A stretch of DNA of 28,668 nucleotides from an uncultured bacterium (GTDB lineage: Bacteria; Lernaellota; Lernaellaia; Lernaellales; Lernaellaceae). The notes under the pieces are model-generated. The model was not told the DNA's origin, did not search any database, and was given only the letters and a program-made list of their open reading frames with translations. The DNA lies in assembly GCA_964534375.1 (NCBI GenBank), contig CAZHPN010000064.1, positions 1 through 28,668 of the forward strand, written 5' to 3'. Position 1 is the first letter of the stretch. Each line of letters begins with the position of its first letter. The position numbers were made by a program, and so were the translations under genes. Positions 15,943 through 25,908 of the stretch are shown in pieces.

Positions 15943-17465
15943 CGCCGACGGGAAGCGTGTGGCTGGTGGGCGCGGGGCCGGGCGATCCGGGCCTGTTCAC
16001 GTTGCGCGGCCGCGAGTTGCTCGGGCGGGCCGCGGCGGTCGTGTTCGATCACCTGGCGAACCCGTCGCTGCTGGATTTCGCCGCGCCGGGCGCCGAACTG
16101 ATTTACGTCGGCAAGCAGGCCGGGCGGCATTCGCTCAAGCAAGACGAAATCAACGAACTGCTGGTGCGCCTCGCGGGCGAGGGCAAAAACGTTTGCCGCC
16201 TGAAGGGCGGCGATCCGTTCATCTTCGGGCGCGGCGGCGAGGAAGCGCTGGCGCTCGCCGAGCACGGCGTGCCGTTCGAAATCGTGCCGGGCATCAGCGC
16301 CGCGAGCGCCGTGCCGGCCTACGCGGGCGTGCCGGTCACGCATCGCGGCTTCGCGGCCTGCTTCGGCGCGGTCACCGGCCACGAGGACCCGACCAAGGAA
16401 ACGTCCGACCTCGATTGGCCCTCGCTCGCCGCGTGGCAGGGCACGCTCGTGTTTTTCATGGGCGTGAAAAATCTCGCGGAAAATCTGGGGCAATTGATCG
16501 CGCACGGCCTCGCGCCGGACACCCCGGCGGCGCTCATCCGCAACGGCACGCTGCCGAGCCAGCGCACCATCGTCGGCGCGGCGAGCGATCTGGCGGCGAA
16601 GGCCGCGGCGGCCGGTTTCGCGCCGCCCGCGCTGCTCGTCGTGGGCAAGGTTGTGGCCCTGCGCGACCGCATCAACTGGTTCGAAACGCGGCCGCTCTTC
16701 GGCCGCAAGGTGGTCGTGACTCGCGCGCGCCAGCAGGCGAGCGAGATGTCGGCGCGGCTCGCCGCGCTGGGCGCGGACGTGATCGAAATGCCGGCCATCC
16801 GCATTGCGCCGCCGGCGGACGCGGCGCCGCTCGACGCCGCCGCGGCGCGGCTGGCGAGCTACGACTGGGTCGTGCTGACCAGCGTCAACGGCGTCGATGC
16901 GCTGTTCGCGGCGATGGGGCGCGCGGGCAAAGACGCGCGGTCGTTCGGCGCGGCGCGCGTGTGCGCGATTGGGCCAGCGACCGCCGAGCGGCTGGCGCTG
17001 CATGGCATTTGCGCGGACCTCGTGCCCGAAAAATTCGTCGCCGAAGAACTGCTCGCGGAATTGCTGCGCCGCAACGAAGCGGCGGGCAAAAAGTTCCTGC
17101 TGGCCCGCGCCGATATCGCCCGGCCGATGCTGCGCGACGAACTGCAAAAGGCCGGCGCAACGGTTGAGGAAGTCGAGGCGTACCGCACCCTCGCCGAAGC
17201 GCCCGACCCGGCGCGGCGCGACGACGCGGCCGGCGCCGAAATTGTGACATTCGCCAGTTCCGGCGCCGTTCGCAATTTCGCCGCGGCCCTGGGGCCCGAG
17301 CGCCTGGCGCGGCTGCGCGAACGCGCGCGCCTCGTCTCGATCGGCCCCGTCACCTCGCAAACGATGAACGAACTCGGCCTGCCGGTCGCCGCCGAAGCGG
17401 CGCGGAGCACGATCCCCGCGTTGGTCGACGCGGTCGTCAACACAGCCAAGGAAATGCAACGATGA
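15939..17465 (+). CDS. cobA: Fused uroporphyrinogen-III C-methyltransferase / uroporphyrinogen-III synthase (CobA-HemD)
   Basis: VWLVGAGPGDPGL, RLKGGDPFIFGRGGEE, VPVTHR; then PLFGRKVVVTRAR, LTSVNGV, AIGPATA, TFASS, SIGPVTS. Confidence 0.95.
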   Translation: MTPTGSVWLVGAGPGDPGLFTLRGRELLGRAAAVVFDHLANPSLLDFAAPGAELIYVGKQAGRHSLKQDEINELLVRLAGEGKNVCRLKGGDPFIFGRGGEEALALAEHGVPFEIVPGISAASAVPAYAGVPVTHRGFAACFGAVTGHEDPTKETSDLDWPSLAAWQGTLVFFMGVKNLAENLGQLIAHGLAPDTPAALIRNGTLPSQRTIVGAASDLAAKAAAAGFAPPALLVVGKVVALRDRINWFETRPLFGRKVVVTRARQQASEMSARLAALGADVIEMPAIRIAPPADAAPLDAAAARLASYDWVVLTSVNGVDALFAAMGRAGKDARSFGAARVCAIGPATAERLALHGICADLVPEKFVAEELLAELLRRNEAAGKKFLLARADIARPMLRDELQKAGATVEEVEAYRTLAEAPDPARRDDAAGAEIVTFASSGAVRNFAAALGPERLARLRERARLVSIGPVTSQTMNELGLPVAAEAARSTIPALVDAVVNTAKEMQR

Positions 17466-18658
17466 TCGGCATCAGCAAACTTTATTGCGGAACGGTGGAG
17501 CCCTCGGACGCGCTGCGCTACGGCCGGCGCGCGAAGGATTTGCCGTCGCACCTGCTGCAATTTTCGGCGGACAAAAAACCCGTCGTCGTCTGGAATTGCA
17601 CGCGCCGCTGCAACCTGCGCTGCGTGCACTGCTATAGCCAAAGCGAAGACCGCGACTACGAGGACGAACTGACCACGGCCGAGGCGCGTACGATGATCGA
17701 CGACCTCGCCGCGTTCGGCGCGCCGGTGCTGCTTTTTTCCGGCGGCGAGCCAACGGTGCGCAAGGATTTGCTCGAACTCGTGCGCTACGCGGTGGGCAAA
17801 GGACTGCGCGCGGTCATCTCGACGAACGGCACGCTGATCGACGATGCAAAGGCCGCGGCGTTTGCGGAAATCGGGTTGTCCTATGTCGGCATCAGCCTCG
17901 ACGGCCTGCGCGAAGTGCACGACAAATTCCGCGGCATGCCGGGCGCGTACGATCGCGCACTGCGGGGCCTCAACGCCTCGCGCAACGCCGGGTTGAAAGT
18001 CGGGCTGCGCTTCACGATCAACCGCCGCAACGTCGGCGAGATTCCGGCGATCTTCGATCTGGTCGAGCAGGAAAAAGTGCCGCGCATCTGCTTCTATCAT
18101 TTAGTGTACAGCGGCCGCGGCAGCGCGCTGATCGAGGAAGATTTGGATCACGCGGGCGCGCGCGAGGTGGTCAACCTGATCATCGACCGCACGCAGCGCC
18201 TGCACAACCAGGGCAATCCGGTGGAAGTGCTGACCGTCGACAACCATGCCGACGGCGTTTTCCTTTATCAGCGCCTGCAACGCGAGAATCCGGTGCGGGC
18301 CGCGCAGGTGCTGGAACTGCTGCAATTCAACGAGGGCAACAGCAGCGGCGCGGGCATCGGCTGCGTTTCGTGGAACGGCGACGTGCACCCCGATCAGTTC
18401 TGGCGGCAGCGGGTGCTCGGCAATGTGCGGCGGCAGCCGTTCTCGCGCATCTGGACCGATCCCGACAACGAATTTCTCATGAAACTCAAGCAAAAAGGCC
18501 GCTTCGTGACGGGCCGCTGCGGCAAGTGCCGCTGGCTCGCGATCTGCGGCGGCAACTTTCGCGCGCGCGCCGAGGCGGCGACCGGCGACATCTGGGCGCC
18601 CGACCCGGCGTGCTATCTGACCGACGCGGAAATCGGCCTGGAAGAAAAAGATGGATGA
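17462..18658 (+). CDS. ahbC: 12,18-didecarboxysiroheme deacetylase, radical SAM (NirJ1-like)
   Basis: MIGISKLYCGTVEPSDALRYGR N-terminus, CNLRCVHC, TVDNHADG, VHPDQF, C-terminal SPASM cysteines. Confidence 0.93.
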   Translation: MIGISKLYCGTVEPSDALRYGRRAKDLPSHLLQFSADKKPVVVWNCTRRCNLRCVHCYSQSEDRDYEDELTTAEARTMIDDLAAFGAPVLLFSGGEPTVRKDLLELVRYAVGKGLRAVISTNGTLIDDAKAAAFAEIGLSYVGISLDGLREVHDKFRGMPGAYDRALRGLNASRNAGLKVGLRFTINRRNVGEIPAIFDLVEQEKVPRICFYHLVYSGRGSALIEEDLDHAGAREVVNLIIDRTQRLHNQGNPVEVLTVDNHADGVFLYQRLQRENPVRAAQVLELLQFNEGNSSGAGIGCVSWNGDVHPDQFWRQRVLGNVRRQPFSRIWTDPDNEFLMKLKQKGRFVTGRCGKCRWLAICGGNFRARAEAATGDIWAPDPACYLTDAEIGLEEKDG

Positions 18659-19097
18659 TCTCGACGCCCGCTTGCTGGCGATGATTCAGCGCGATTTTCC
18701 GCTGGAGCCGCGGCCGTTCGCCGTGCTCGCCGAGCGGCTGGGCGCCAGCGAACCCGAGATCATGGCGCGTCTCGCGGCCCTGCGCGAAGGCAAAATCATT
18801 CGCGGCATTCGGGCAATGTTCGAGGCACGGCAGCTCGGTTACGTGAGCGCGCTGGCGGCGGCGACGGTTGACCGCGAGCGGTTCGACGAAGTGGCGGCGA
18901 ATATCAATATTCTGCCGGGCGTCACCCACAATTACGAACGCGACCACGAGTACAATTTGTGGTTCACGCTGATCGCCCGCGACGAGCCGACGTTGCGCGC
19001 GCAACTGGCGCGGATCGCGGCGTTGCCGGGCGTGCGCGATTTGCAGACATTGCCCGCCGAAAAAACCTATAAGTTGCGCGTGGAGTTTTCGGCATGA
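18651..19097 (+). CDS. ahbA: Siroheme decarboxylase alpha subunit (Lrp/AsnC-like)
   Basis: IQRDFPLEPRPF, LGYVSAL, PGVTHNYERDHEYNLWFT. Confidence 0.92.
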   Translation: MDDLDARLLAMIQRDFPLEPRPFAVLAERLGASEPEIMARLAALREGKIIRGIRAMFEARQLGYVSALAAATVDRERFDEVAANINILPGVTHNYERDHEYNLWFTLIARDEPTLRAQLARIAALPGVRDLQTLPAEKTYKLRVEFSA

Positions 19098-19597
19098 ATG
19101 TGGACCAACGCGTCATCCGCGCCGTGCGGGCGTTGCAATGCGATCTGCCGCTGGTCGAGCGGCCGTTTGCAGCGCTCGCGGCCGAGCACGGTTTGACGGA
19201 AGACGAGCTGCTGGCGATTGCGCGGCGGCTGAAAGAAGAAAAGACGATTCGCCGTTACGGCGCGGCCGTCAGCCATCACCGGCTCGGCTACGCGGCGAAC
19301 GGCATGTCGGTCTGGCGCGTTCCGGCCGAGCGGCTCGACGAGGTCGGGGCGGCGCTTGCCGCGCGCGCCGAGGTCAGCCACTGTTATGCGCGGCCGACGT
19401 TTCCGGGGTTTCCGTACAACTTGTACGCGATGATTCACAGCAAGGACCGCGCGGCGGTCGAGGCGGTCGCGGCGCAGGCCGCGGCGGCCACGGGCGTCGC
19501 CGAATATCACATTTTGTACTCGGTTCGCGAATTGAAAAAATCAAGCATGCGCTATTTTACGGAGGACGAAAATGCCGTTTCCGATCCATCGGCCTAG
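19094..19597 (+). CDS. ahbB: Siroheme decarboxylase beta subunit
   Basis: [51 protein letters not shown]. Confidence 0.92.
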   Translation: MNVDQRVIRAVRALQCDLPLVERPFAALAAEHGLTEDELLAIARRLKEEKTIRRYGAAVSHHRLGYAANGMSVWRVPAERLDEVGAALAARAEVSHCYARPTFPGFPYNLYAMIHSKDRAAVEAVAAQAAAATGVAEYHILYSVRELKKSSMRYFTEDENAVSDPSA

Positions 19598-20546
19598 GCG
19601 ATTGCGCCGCACCGACGCCGTGCGCCGCCTCGTGCGCGAGACTTCGCTGGCGCCCGACGATTTCATTCTGCCGCTGTTCGTGCGGCCCGGAAAAGACACG
19701 GCGGAGCCGGTCACGTCGATGCCCGGCGTGTGCCGCTTGTCGGTCGATCGCCTCGTCGCCAAGTGCCGCGACGCGGCGCACATGGGCCTCGGCGGCGTCA
19801 TCCTGTTCGGCCTGCCCGAAACGAAAGACGCGAGGGGCACGAGCGGCTACGCGCCCGACGGCATCGTGCAGACGGCGATCCGCGCAATCAAAGATGCGAC
19901 GCCGGACCTGGTCGTCGTCACCGACGTATGCCTCTGCGAATACACCGATCACGGCCACTGCGGCGTCATCAAAAACGGCGGGGTAGACAACGACGCGACG
20001 CTGCCGCTGCTCGCCGAAATGGCGCTGTCGCACGCGCGCGCCGGGGCCGACATGGTCGCGCCGTCGGACATGATGGACGGCCGCGTCGGGACGATCCGCG
20101 ACGCGCTCGACGACGACGGCTTCGACGATTTGCCGATCATGGCCTACTCGGCGAAATACGCGTCGGGTTTCTACGGGCCGTTCCGCGAGGCCGCCGACTC
20201 GGCGCCGTCGTTCGGCGACCGCCGCTCGTATCAGATGGACCCGGCGAATGTCCGCGAGGCCCTGCACGAAATCGAACTGGACCTCGAAGAGGGCGCCGAT
20301 ATCGTGATGGTCAAGCCGGCGCTGGCGTATCTCGACGTGATCCGCGCCGCGCGCGAGGTCTTCGACGCGCCGCTGGCCGCGTACAACGTCAGCGGCGAAT
20401 ACGCGATGGTCAAAGCGGCCGGGTCGATGGGCTGGATCGACGAGCCGCGCGTGATGATGGAAATTCTCTTCGCCATCAAGCGCGCCGGGGCCGATATTAT
20501 ATTGACGTACTTCGCCGAAGCCGCCGCGGCGTTGCTGGCGCCGTGA
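19572..20546 (+). CDS. hemB: Porphobilinogen synthase (Zn-type ALA dehydratase)
   Basis: [51 protein letters not shown]. Confidence 0.97.
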   Translation: MPFPIHRPRRLRRTDAVRRLVRETSLAPDDFILPLFVRPGKDTAEPVTSMPGVCRLSVDRLVAKCRDAAHMGLGGVILFGLPETKDARGTSGYAPDGIVQTAIRAIKDATPDLVVVTDVCLCEYTDHGHCGVIKNGGVDNDATLPLLAEMALSHARAGADMVAPSDMMDGRVGTIRDALDDDGFDDLPIMAYSAKYASGFYGPFREAADSAPSFGDRRSYQMDPANVREALHEIELDLEEGADIVMVKPALAYLDVIRAAREVFDAPLAAYNVSGEYAMVKAAGSMGWIDEPRVMMEILFAIKRAGADIILTYFAEAAAALLAP

Positions 20547-20556
20547 AAGGACGCGC

Positions 20557-21621
20557 ATGCGCGAACATCTGCCGCGCCTGATCGCCTGGGAAACGACCCG
20601 CTCGTGCCTGCTCAACTGCCGGCACTGCCGCGCCGCCGCGACGAGCGCGAAATATCCCAACGAACTGACGACCGAGCAGGGCCGCAAGCTGCTGGAGAGC
20701 ATCCGCACGCTCGGCCAATCAATTGTGATATTGACCGGCGGCGAGCCGATGCTGCGCGAAGACATCTACGATCTGGCGCGCTACGGCTCCGATCTCGGCC
20801 TGCGGATGGTCATGGCGCCCTGCGGCGCGATGGTTACCGCCGAAGCCGCCAAGCGCCTGCTGGCCGCGGGCATTCAGCGGATCAGCCTGAGCCTCGACGG
20901 GCCCGACGCGCCGACACACGACGGCCTGCGCAACGTGCCCGGCTCGTTCGAACAGGCGCTGGCGGCGGCGCGCATCGCGCGGGAAGCGGGCCTGAAATTT
21001 CAGATCAATACAACGGTAAGCAAGCTCAATTTCGCGATGCTGCCGCAAATTCTCGCCCTCGCGGCCGAGCTTGGCGCCGAGGCGTTTCACCCGTTCTTGC
21101 TGGTGCCGACGGGTCGCGGCAAAGAGATGGCCGATCTCGAATTGCCGCCCGAGGAATACGAGCGCGCGCTGCACTGGATTTACGAGCAACGCGGCGTTGC
21201 GCCGTTGGTGTTCAAGCCGACCTGCGCGCCGCATTACTACCGCATTTTGCGGCAGCGCGAGCATGCGGCGGGCCGCGCCGTGCGGCCCGAAACGCACGGC
21301 CTCGATGCGATGACCAAAGGCTGCCTGGGCGGGCAGGGGTTCGCGTTCGTCAGCCACGTCGGCAAGGTGCAAATCTGCGGCTTTCTCGACGAAGAGGCGG
21401 GCGATTTGCAGACGAACGGCATGGATTTCGCGGCGATCTGGCGCGATTCGCCGCTGTTCGCGAAAATGCGCGACCAGGGCGCCTACAAAGGCCGTTGCGG
21501 CGTTTGCGAATATCACAATGTTTGCGGCGGCTGCCGCGCGCGGGCGTTTGCGATGACGGGAGACTTTATGGCCGAAGAACCTTTTTGCGTTTATCAGCCG
21601 CGTGAACGCGAGGGCGAGTAG
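20557..21621 (+). CDS. ahbD: AdoMet-dependent heme b synthase, radical SAM (NirJ2-like)
   Basis: [63 protein letters not shown]. Confidence 0.9.
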   Translation: MREHLPRLIAWETTRSCLLNCRHCRAAATSAKYPNELTTEQGRKLLESIRTLGQSIVILTGGEPMLREDIYDLARYGSDLGLRMVMAPCGAMVTAEAAKRLLAAGIQRISLSLDGPDAPTHDGLRNVPGSFEQALAAARIAREAGLKFQINTTVSKLNFAMLPQILALAAELGAEAFHPFLLVPTGRGKEMADLELPPEEYERALHWIYEQRGVAPLVFKPTCAPHYYRILRQREHAAGRAVRPETHGLDAMTKGCLGGQGFAFVSHVGKVQICGFLDEEAGDLQTNGMDFAAIWRDSPLFAKMRDQGAYKGRCGVCEYHNVCGGCRARAFAMTGDFMAEEPFCVYQPREREGE

Positions 21622-21658
21622 TCAGTAGTCCGAAGCCAGAAGCCGCAAGCCAGAAGTC
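21617..21658. repeat. Heptamer array between ahbD and hemL
   Basis: AGTAGTC AGTAGTC CGAAGCC AGAAGCC GCAAGCC AGAAGTC. Confidence 0.75.
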
Positions 21659-21686
21659 GGGGGAAAAGCAATTACGGGGGAAGTTT

Positions 21687-22982
21687 ATGAATAATGAACG
21701 CAGCCACGAATTATTTGCCCGCGCCCAGCGGACCCTGGTCGGCGGCGTCAACTCGCCCGTGCGCGCATTTCGGTCGGTCGGCGGCAACCCGGTGTACATG
21801 ACGGCCGGCGAGGGCGCGTGGATGACCGACGCGGACGGCAATCGCTATCTCGATTACGTCGGCTCGTGGGGCCCGCTGATCGTCGGCCATTCGCACCCGG
21901 CCGTGGTCGCGGCGCTGCACGAGGCGATCGCGCGCGGGACCAGCTTCGGCACGTGCAGCGCGCCCGAGGTCGAACTGGCGGAAAAGGTCAAAGAATTTTT
22001 CCCGTCGCTCGAAAAAATCCGCTTCGTCAACTCGGGCACCGAGGCGACGATGGGCGCGATCCGCCTGGCGCGCGGCGCGACCGGTTGCGACAAAATCGTC
22101 AAATTCGCGGGCTGCTATCACGGCCACGGCGACGCGTTTCTGGTGAAGGCCGGCAGCGGCGCGCTGACCTTCGGGGCGCCGGACAGCGCGGGCGTGCCGG
22201 CCAGCGTCGCGCAGGAAACGCTCACCGCGCGGTTCAACGATTTGCCGAATGTCGCCGAATTGTTCGACAACAACGCCGGCCGTATCGCCGCCGTGATCGT
22301 CGAGCCGGTCGTCGGCAACATGGGCGTTGTGCCGCCGGCGCCGGACTTTCTCGCGGGCCTGCGGCAATTGTGCGACGCGCACGGCGCGCTGCTGATTTTC
22401 GACGAAGTGATGACGGGCTTCCGCGTCGCGCGCGGCGGCGCGCAGGCGCTTTACGGCGTGCGGCCCGACCTGACGACGCTCGGCAAAATCATCGGCGGCG
22501 GCCTGCCCGTCGGCGCGTTCGGCGGGCTCGCGAAAATCATGGACCTGCTCAGCCCGCTCGGGCCCGTCTACCAGGCCGGCACGCTCTCGGGCAACCCGCT
22601 CGCAATGGCTGCCGGCCTGGCGACGCTCAAGCTGTTGACGCCTGATCTCTACGCGGCGCTCGAAGCGAAATCCGCGCGCCTCGCCGACGGTCTGGCCCGC
22701 GCCGCCGCGGCGGCCGGCGTCGCCGCGCAGGTCAATCGCGTCGGCTCGATGTTGACGCTGTTCTTCACCGACCGCGCGGTCACCGATCTCGAATCGGCCC
22801 AAACGACCGACACGAAACGCTTCGCGGCGTTTTTCCGGGAGATGCTCGACGCCGGCGTTTACCTGCCGCCGTCGAATTATGAGGCGTGGTTCGTCAGCGC
22901 CGCGCATTCGGATGACGATATCGAGGTGACGATTCGGGCGGCGGAAAGGGCGTTGCGCGGGGTTTATCAAGCCCAGTTGTAG
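21687..22982 (+). CDS. hemL: Glutamate-1-semialdehyde 2,1-aminomutase
   Basis: [55 protein letters not shown]. Confidence 0.97.
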   Translation: MNNERSHELFARAQRTLVGGVNSPVRAFRSVGGNPVYMTAGEGAWMTDADGNRYLDYVGSWGPLIVGHSHPAVVAALHEAIARGTSFGTCSAPEVELAEKVKEFFPSLEKIRFVNSGTEATMGAIRLARGATGCDKIVKFAGCYHGHGDAFLVKAGSGALTFGAPDSAGVPASVAQETLTARFNDLPNVAELFDNNAGRIAAVIVEPVVGNMGVVPPAPDFLAGLRQLCDAHGALLIFDEVMTGFRVARGGAQALYGVRPDLTTLGKIIGGGLPVGAFGGLAKIMDLLSPLGPVYQAGTLSGNPLAMAAGLATLKLLTPDLYAALEAKSARLADGLARAAAAAGVAAQVNRVGSMLTLFFTDRAVTDLESAQTTDTKRFAAFFREMLDAGVYLPPSNYEAWFVSAAHSDDDIEVTIRAAERALRGVYQAQL

Positions 22983-23230
22983 GCTGCGCAGACTTCATTG
23001 CCGAAACTCTTGACTCCCGCGGCCGGTATGGTTTAGATATTTTCACCACGAGCGTATTGTGCGCTGGTTTTGCGGCATGGCAAGTGTGCGAAAAAACTAC
23101 GGTTGTTGAGGGCGCGAAGGAACGGGCGGCGCGGCAATGAACCGGCGGGCCGTTTTCCGGGTCTTTGCAGTGAGTTTGGCGCGAGTTCGTTCAAACAAAT
23201 CACGAGTCAAACGAATCGGGAGGAACGACG

Positions 23231-24187
23231 ATGATTAATTATTTGCGAGGCCGAAAGTGGCGCGCTGTGTGCGCGGTTTTGACGGCCGTATTTTTGCTTA
23301 CCTGGCTAGCCGCGGTCGCGACGGCGGACCAGCCGAAAAAGCGGCCGCCGAACGCGGCCGAGATTCAGCAGCAGCACGTGCAGCAACAACAGCAAATGCA
23401 GGTTCAGCATTTGCAGGCGCAACAACAGCTTCAGCGCCAGCACCAACAAGAACAGCACGACTTGCAATTAAAGCAATTGCAGGAGCGACAACAGTTGTCG
23501 CAAAGGCAGCTCAAACAGCGGGCGCAAAATCCGACGCCGCAGCAACTGCAGCAGCAGCACAACGAACAGGTGGATTTGCAAAACCAGCATCGCATGCAGC
23601 TGCAGGACCAGTCGCAAAGGCACTGGCAGCAGCAGCAGGATCAACAGCGCCAGCAGGACCGCCAACGGTGGGATCTGGAGCGCGACCATGTGCGCGACTG
23701 GCAGCACGAACGCGATTACGACCGCGATCGCTTCATTCACGAGGCGCACGAGCGGTGGGAATGGGCGCGCCTCGCCGAGGCGGGCGCGTTGCTCGTGGCT
23801 TTTTCGTTCCTGCAGCCGCAGCCGGGCGCGTGGTATGGCCCGGGCCTGGTTTGGGACCCGGTGTTCCACGTGTGGGAACTCGCGACGCCCGGCGCCATGT
23901 TCGGCATGAACGTGTTCGCGCCGCAGCCCGGCCCGTACAACCTCGTGGTGACGCACATGACATACGTCGGCGGGTGCCCCGGCGGCGGCTACTCGCCCGT
24001 GTCGATCACCGTTAACGGCGAGCCCGTCGTCACCAATTATGATGTCGCCGAGAATTTCGACGGCGTGCACACCTGGGTGACCGAGGATTTCCCCGTTTAC
24101 CTGTGGCCCGGCGAAAATCACATCGAGTGGGTCGCCGGACCGCTGTGCTCGCCGTACTGGATTCAGAACGTGCAAATATACCGGTAG
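23231..24187 (+). CDS. Hypothetical secreted protein: Gln-rich coiled coil plus C-terminal beta-sandwich-like domain
   Basis: GGAGG RBS, signal-peptide-like N-terminus (AVATA-D), a Q-rich stretch of about 100 aa, then an aromatic/beta-rich domain (SITVNG, PGENHIEW). Confidence 0.75.
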   Translation: MINYLRGRKWRAVCAVLTAVFLLTWLAAVATADQPKKRPPNAAEIQQQHVQQQQQMQVQHLQAQQQLQRQHQQEQHDLQLKQLQERQQLSQRQLKQRAQNPTPQQLQQQHNEQVDLQNQHRMQLQDQSQRHWQQQQDQQRQQDRQRWDLERDHVRDWQHERDYDRDRFIHEAHERWEWARLAEAGALLVAFSFLQPQPGAWYGPGLVWDPVFHVWELATPGAMFGMNVFAPQPGPYNLVVTHMTYVGGCPGGGYSPVSITVNGEPVVTNYDVAENFDGVHTWVTEDFPVYLWPGENHIEWVAGPLCSPYWIQNVQIYR

Positions 24188-24211
24188 GCTGCGTCACGCG
24201 AAGCGCGTGAC
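24184..24211 (+). repeat. GTAG-type REP-like hairpin
   Basis: GTAGGCTGC followed by GTCACGCG-AAG-CGCGTGAC. Confidence 0.5.
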
Positions 24212-24234
24212 AGGACTGCGCGGCGGAGCCGCGG

Positions 24235-24283
24235 GGCTGGGAGGCTGAAAGGCTGGAAGGCCCGGAAGACTGAGGGGCTGAGA
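24235..24283. repeat. Octamer array GGCTGRRA
   Basis: GGCTGGGA GGCTGAAA GGCTGGAA GGCCCGGAA GACTGAGG GGCTGAGA. Confidence 0.7.
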
Positions 24284-24308
24284 GGCCACGTCGTCTCTCA
24301 GCCCTTTT
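24274..24308 (+). terminator. Rho-independent terminator between convergent genes
   Basis: GGGCTGAGAG...CTCTCAGCCC stem followed by TTTT. Confidence 0.6.
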
Positions 24309-24310
24309 AC

Positions 24311-25906
24311 TTATCCGCCGGTGTATGCCGCGTCTTGTTCGATCTTCGCCAGCGTCCAATCGAAGTCGCCGCCGGCCACATGCGAGCCGCAGAATTCACA
24401 GACGCCGCTCATTGAAACTTTCAGCGGCGCGCCGCAACTCGGACAACTGCGGGTAGCCGGTTCCCCGGCGGCGCCGGCGGCCTTGTCTTTGAAGCCGGAC
24501 TTGCGAATGAAGGTCCAGTATTCGGTGAAGCGACGCGGCCGCTTCCGATCGCCTTCGAGCAATTTGCCCTTGTCGTCGATCGTGTAGTCGAGCATCGACG
24601 CCCAGATCCGCGCCGTGATCAGATCGAAATACGGATCGCGGGCCACGCGCACGATTTCGATCTTTTCGATCTGCACGTTTTCCAGCTTGTTGGCGCAGCC
24701 GTTGTCGAGATATCGCTGAATCCAGAACAGATGGGTCTGGAACAAGCGGTCGGTCTCGAAGGCGCGCGCCTCCTCCCACGACCGGTCGGACCACGCTTTT
24801 TGCAATGCGAGAAACGCTTCGGCGACGCGCGCCTGAAATTTATCCCAATTGAAATCGGGGTACGCCGCGGCAAATTTTTCGCGCTCGTTCGCCAGTTCCG
24901 GATCGAAAATCGTCGGCCGCCGCACGCCGGTTTCGGCGCCGCCGAGTTCGAGCCGGACCTCGAGCCGCGGCAGTTTCTCATGCTCGGTCAGATTCGCCAG
25001 CCGCCACGCGAACTCGCCCGGTTTGACGACGACGCCGCAATACGCGCACGCGCCGCTGGCGTCGATCTTGACCGGGCTGCCGCACGACGGGCAGTTGAGC
25101 GACCGCGTGAACTCCGGACCTTTCGATTTCACGCCCGCCTTCCGGCGGAAGGTCAGCGACGTGCGCGTCCACCAGGCGAGTCCGTCGCGGACGCCCGCCG
25201 GACGTTCGATATAATTGGTTTCCGCGCCGACCTCGATCTCCCAACTGTCGCCCGCTTGGCGCGCGTCGGCGATCTCGGACGAACCGACGATCACGCCCTC
25301 GACGACCCGCTCCGCCTGCCGCTCGGCGCGCAACGCGTCGAGCAAGTCCGCGGGCAAATACGGCTGCAGCGTCTCCGGATCGCCGCCGGCGCCGCGCGCT
25401 TCCTCGTAACGCGCGTAGATCATCTGCACGAAATCGAGGAAGAGAATATCGCTGAAATTCGGATCTTCGGCGCGCAAGCGCGCGAGCGCTGCGCGGACCC
25501 CGCCGCGGTCGGCCGCGGTCGGGTGAACAGGCGGCGTCCATTGCGGCAACGCGGCGGCGTCCGACCGGCCGCGCGCCACGAAGTAGTAAACGACGCCGGC
25601 GACGACCACCGCCAGAAGCGGCAGGCCGATCGCCGGGTACCGGAAACACAAATCGAGCAAATCGAGCACGAGGCGGATGACGAACATGATCGAGCCCGCG
25701 TCGCTGCCGCCGTCGCCGGAATGTCCGCCGCTCGCATGTCCGCCGCTGTAGGACTGGCCGCCGCCGACGCGCGCCCACGCGTCCGCCCCGACGAGCGCCG
25801 CGATTCCGACCGCCAGGACGATGAACGCCGATTTCCCCACGCCCGCGCCCAGTCGCATCTGTCGCAATCGCGTGCGCAACCATTCGCCGATTCGGTTCAT
25901 TATCAT
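24311..25906 (-). CDS. Tim44-like domain / zinc-ribbon membrane protein, paralogue 2
   Basis: Signal peptide, ARVGGG Gly-rich tract, transmembrane segment, DPNFS..F Tim44-like module with CPSCG..CAYCG, then a second module (PDFNWDKF, LQKAW, FTEYWTFIR) with CPSCG..CEFCG. Start at ATG 25906 (or 25900), just after the upstream stop. Confidence 0.8.
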   Translation of the reverse strand: MIMNRIGEWLRTRLRQMRLGAGVGKSAFIVLAVGIAALVGADAWARVGGGQSYSGGHASGGHSGDGGSDAGSIMFVIRLVLDLLDLCFRYPAIGLPLLAVVVAGVVYYFVARGRSDAAALPQWTPPVHPTAADRGGVRAALARLRAEDPNFSDILFLDFVQMIYARYEEARGAGGDPETLQPYLPADLLDALRAERQAERVVEGVIVGSSEIADARQAGDSWEIEVGAETNYIERPAGVRDGLAWWTRTSLTFRRKAGVKSKGPEFTRSLNCPSCGSPVKIDASGACAYCGVVVKPGEFAWRLANLTEHEKLPRLEVRLELGGAETGVRRPTIFDPELANEREKFAAAYPDFNWDKFQARVAEAFLALQKAWSDRSWEEARAFETDRLFQTHLFWIQRYLDNGCANKLENVQIEKIEIVRVARDPYFDLITARIWASMLDYTIDDKGKLLEGDRKRPRRFTEYWTFIRKSGFKDKAAGAAGEPATRSCPSCGAPLKVSMSGVCEFCGSHVAGGDFDWTLAKIEQDAAYTGG

Positions 25907-25908
25907 AT

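Noticed and set aside
17462..21621. Radical SAM/SPASM genes as a RiPP cluster or heme d1 (nir) locus
   Set aside because: Signatures and context fit AhbC/AhbD; no precursor peptide and no nirS, nirF or nirN.
22990..23230. Riboswitch or sRNA upstream of the Gln-rich gene
   Set aside because: No recognisable aptamer consensus by eye, and TTGACT lacks a well-spaced -10. An Rfam/Infernal scan would settle it.
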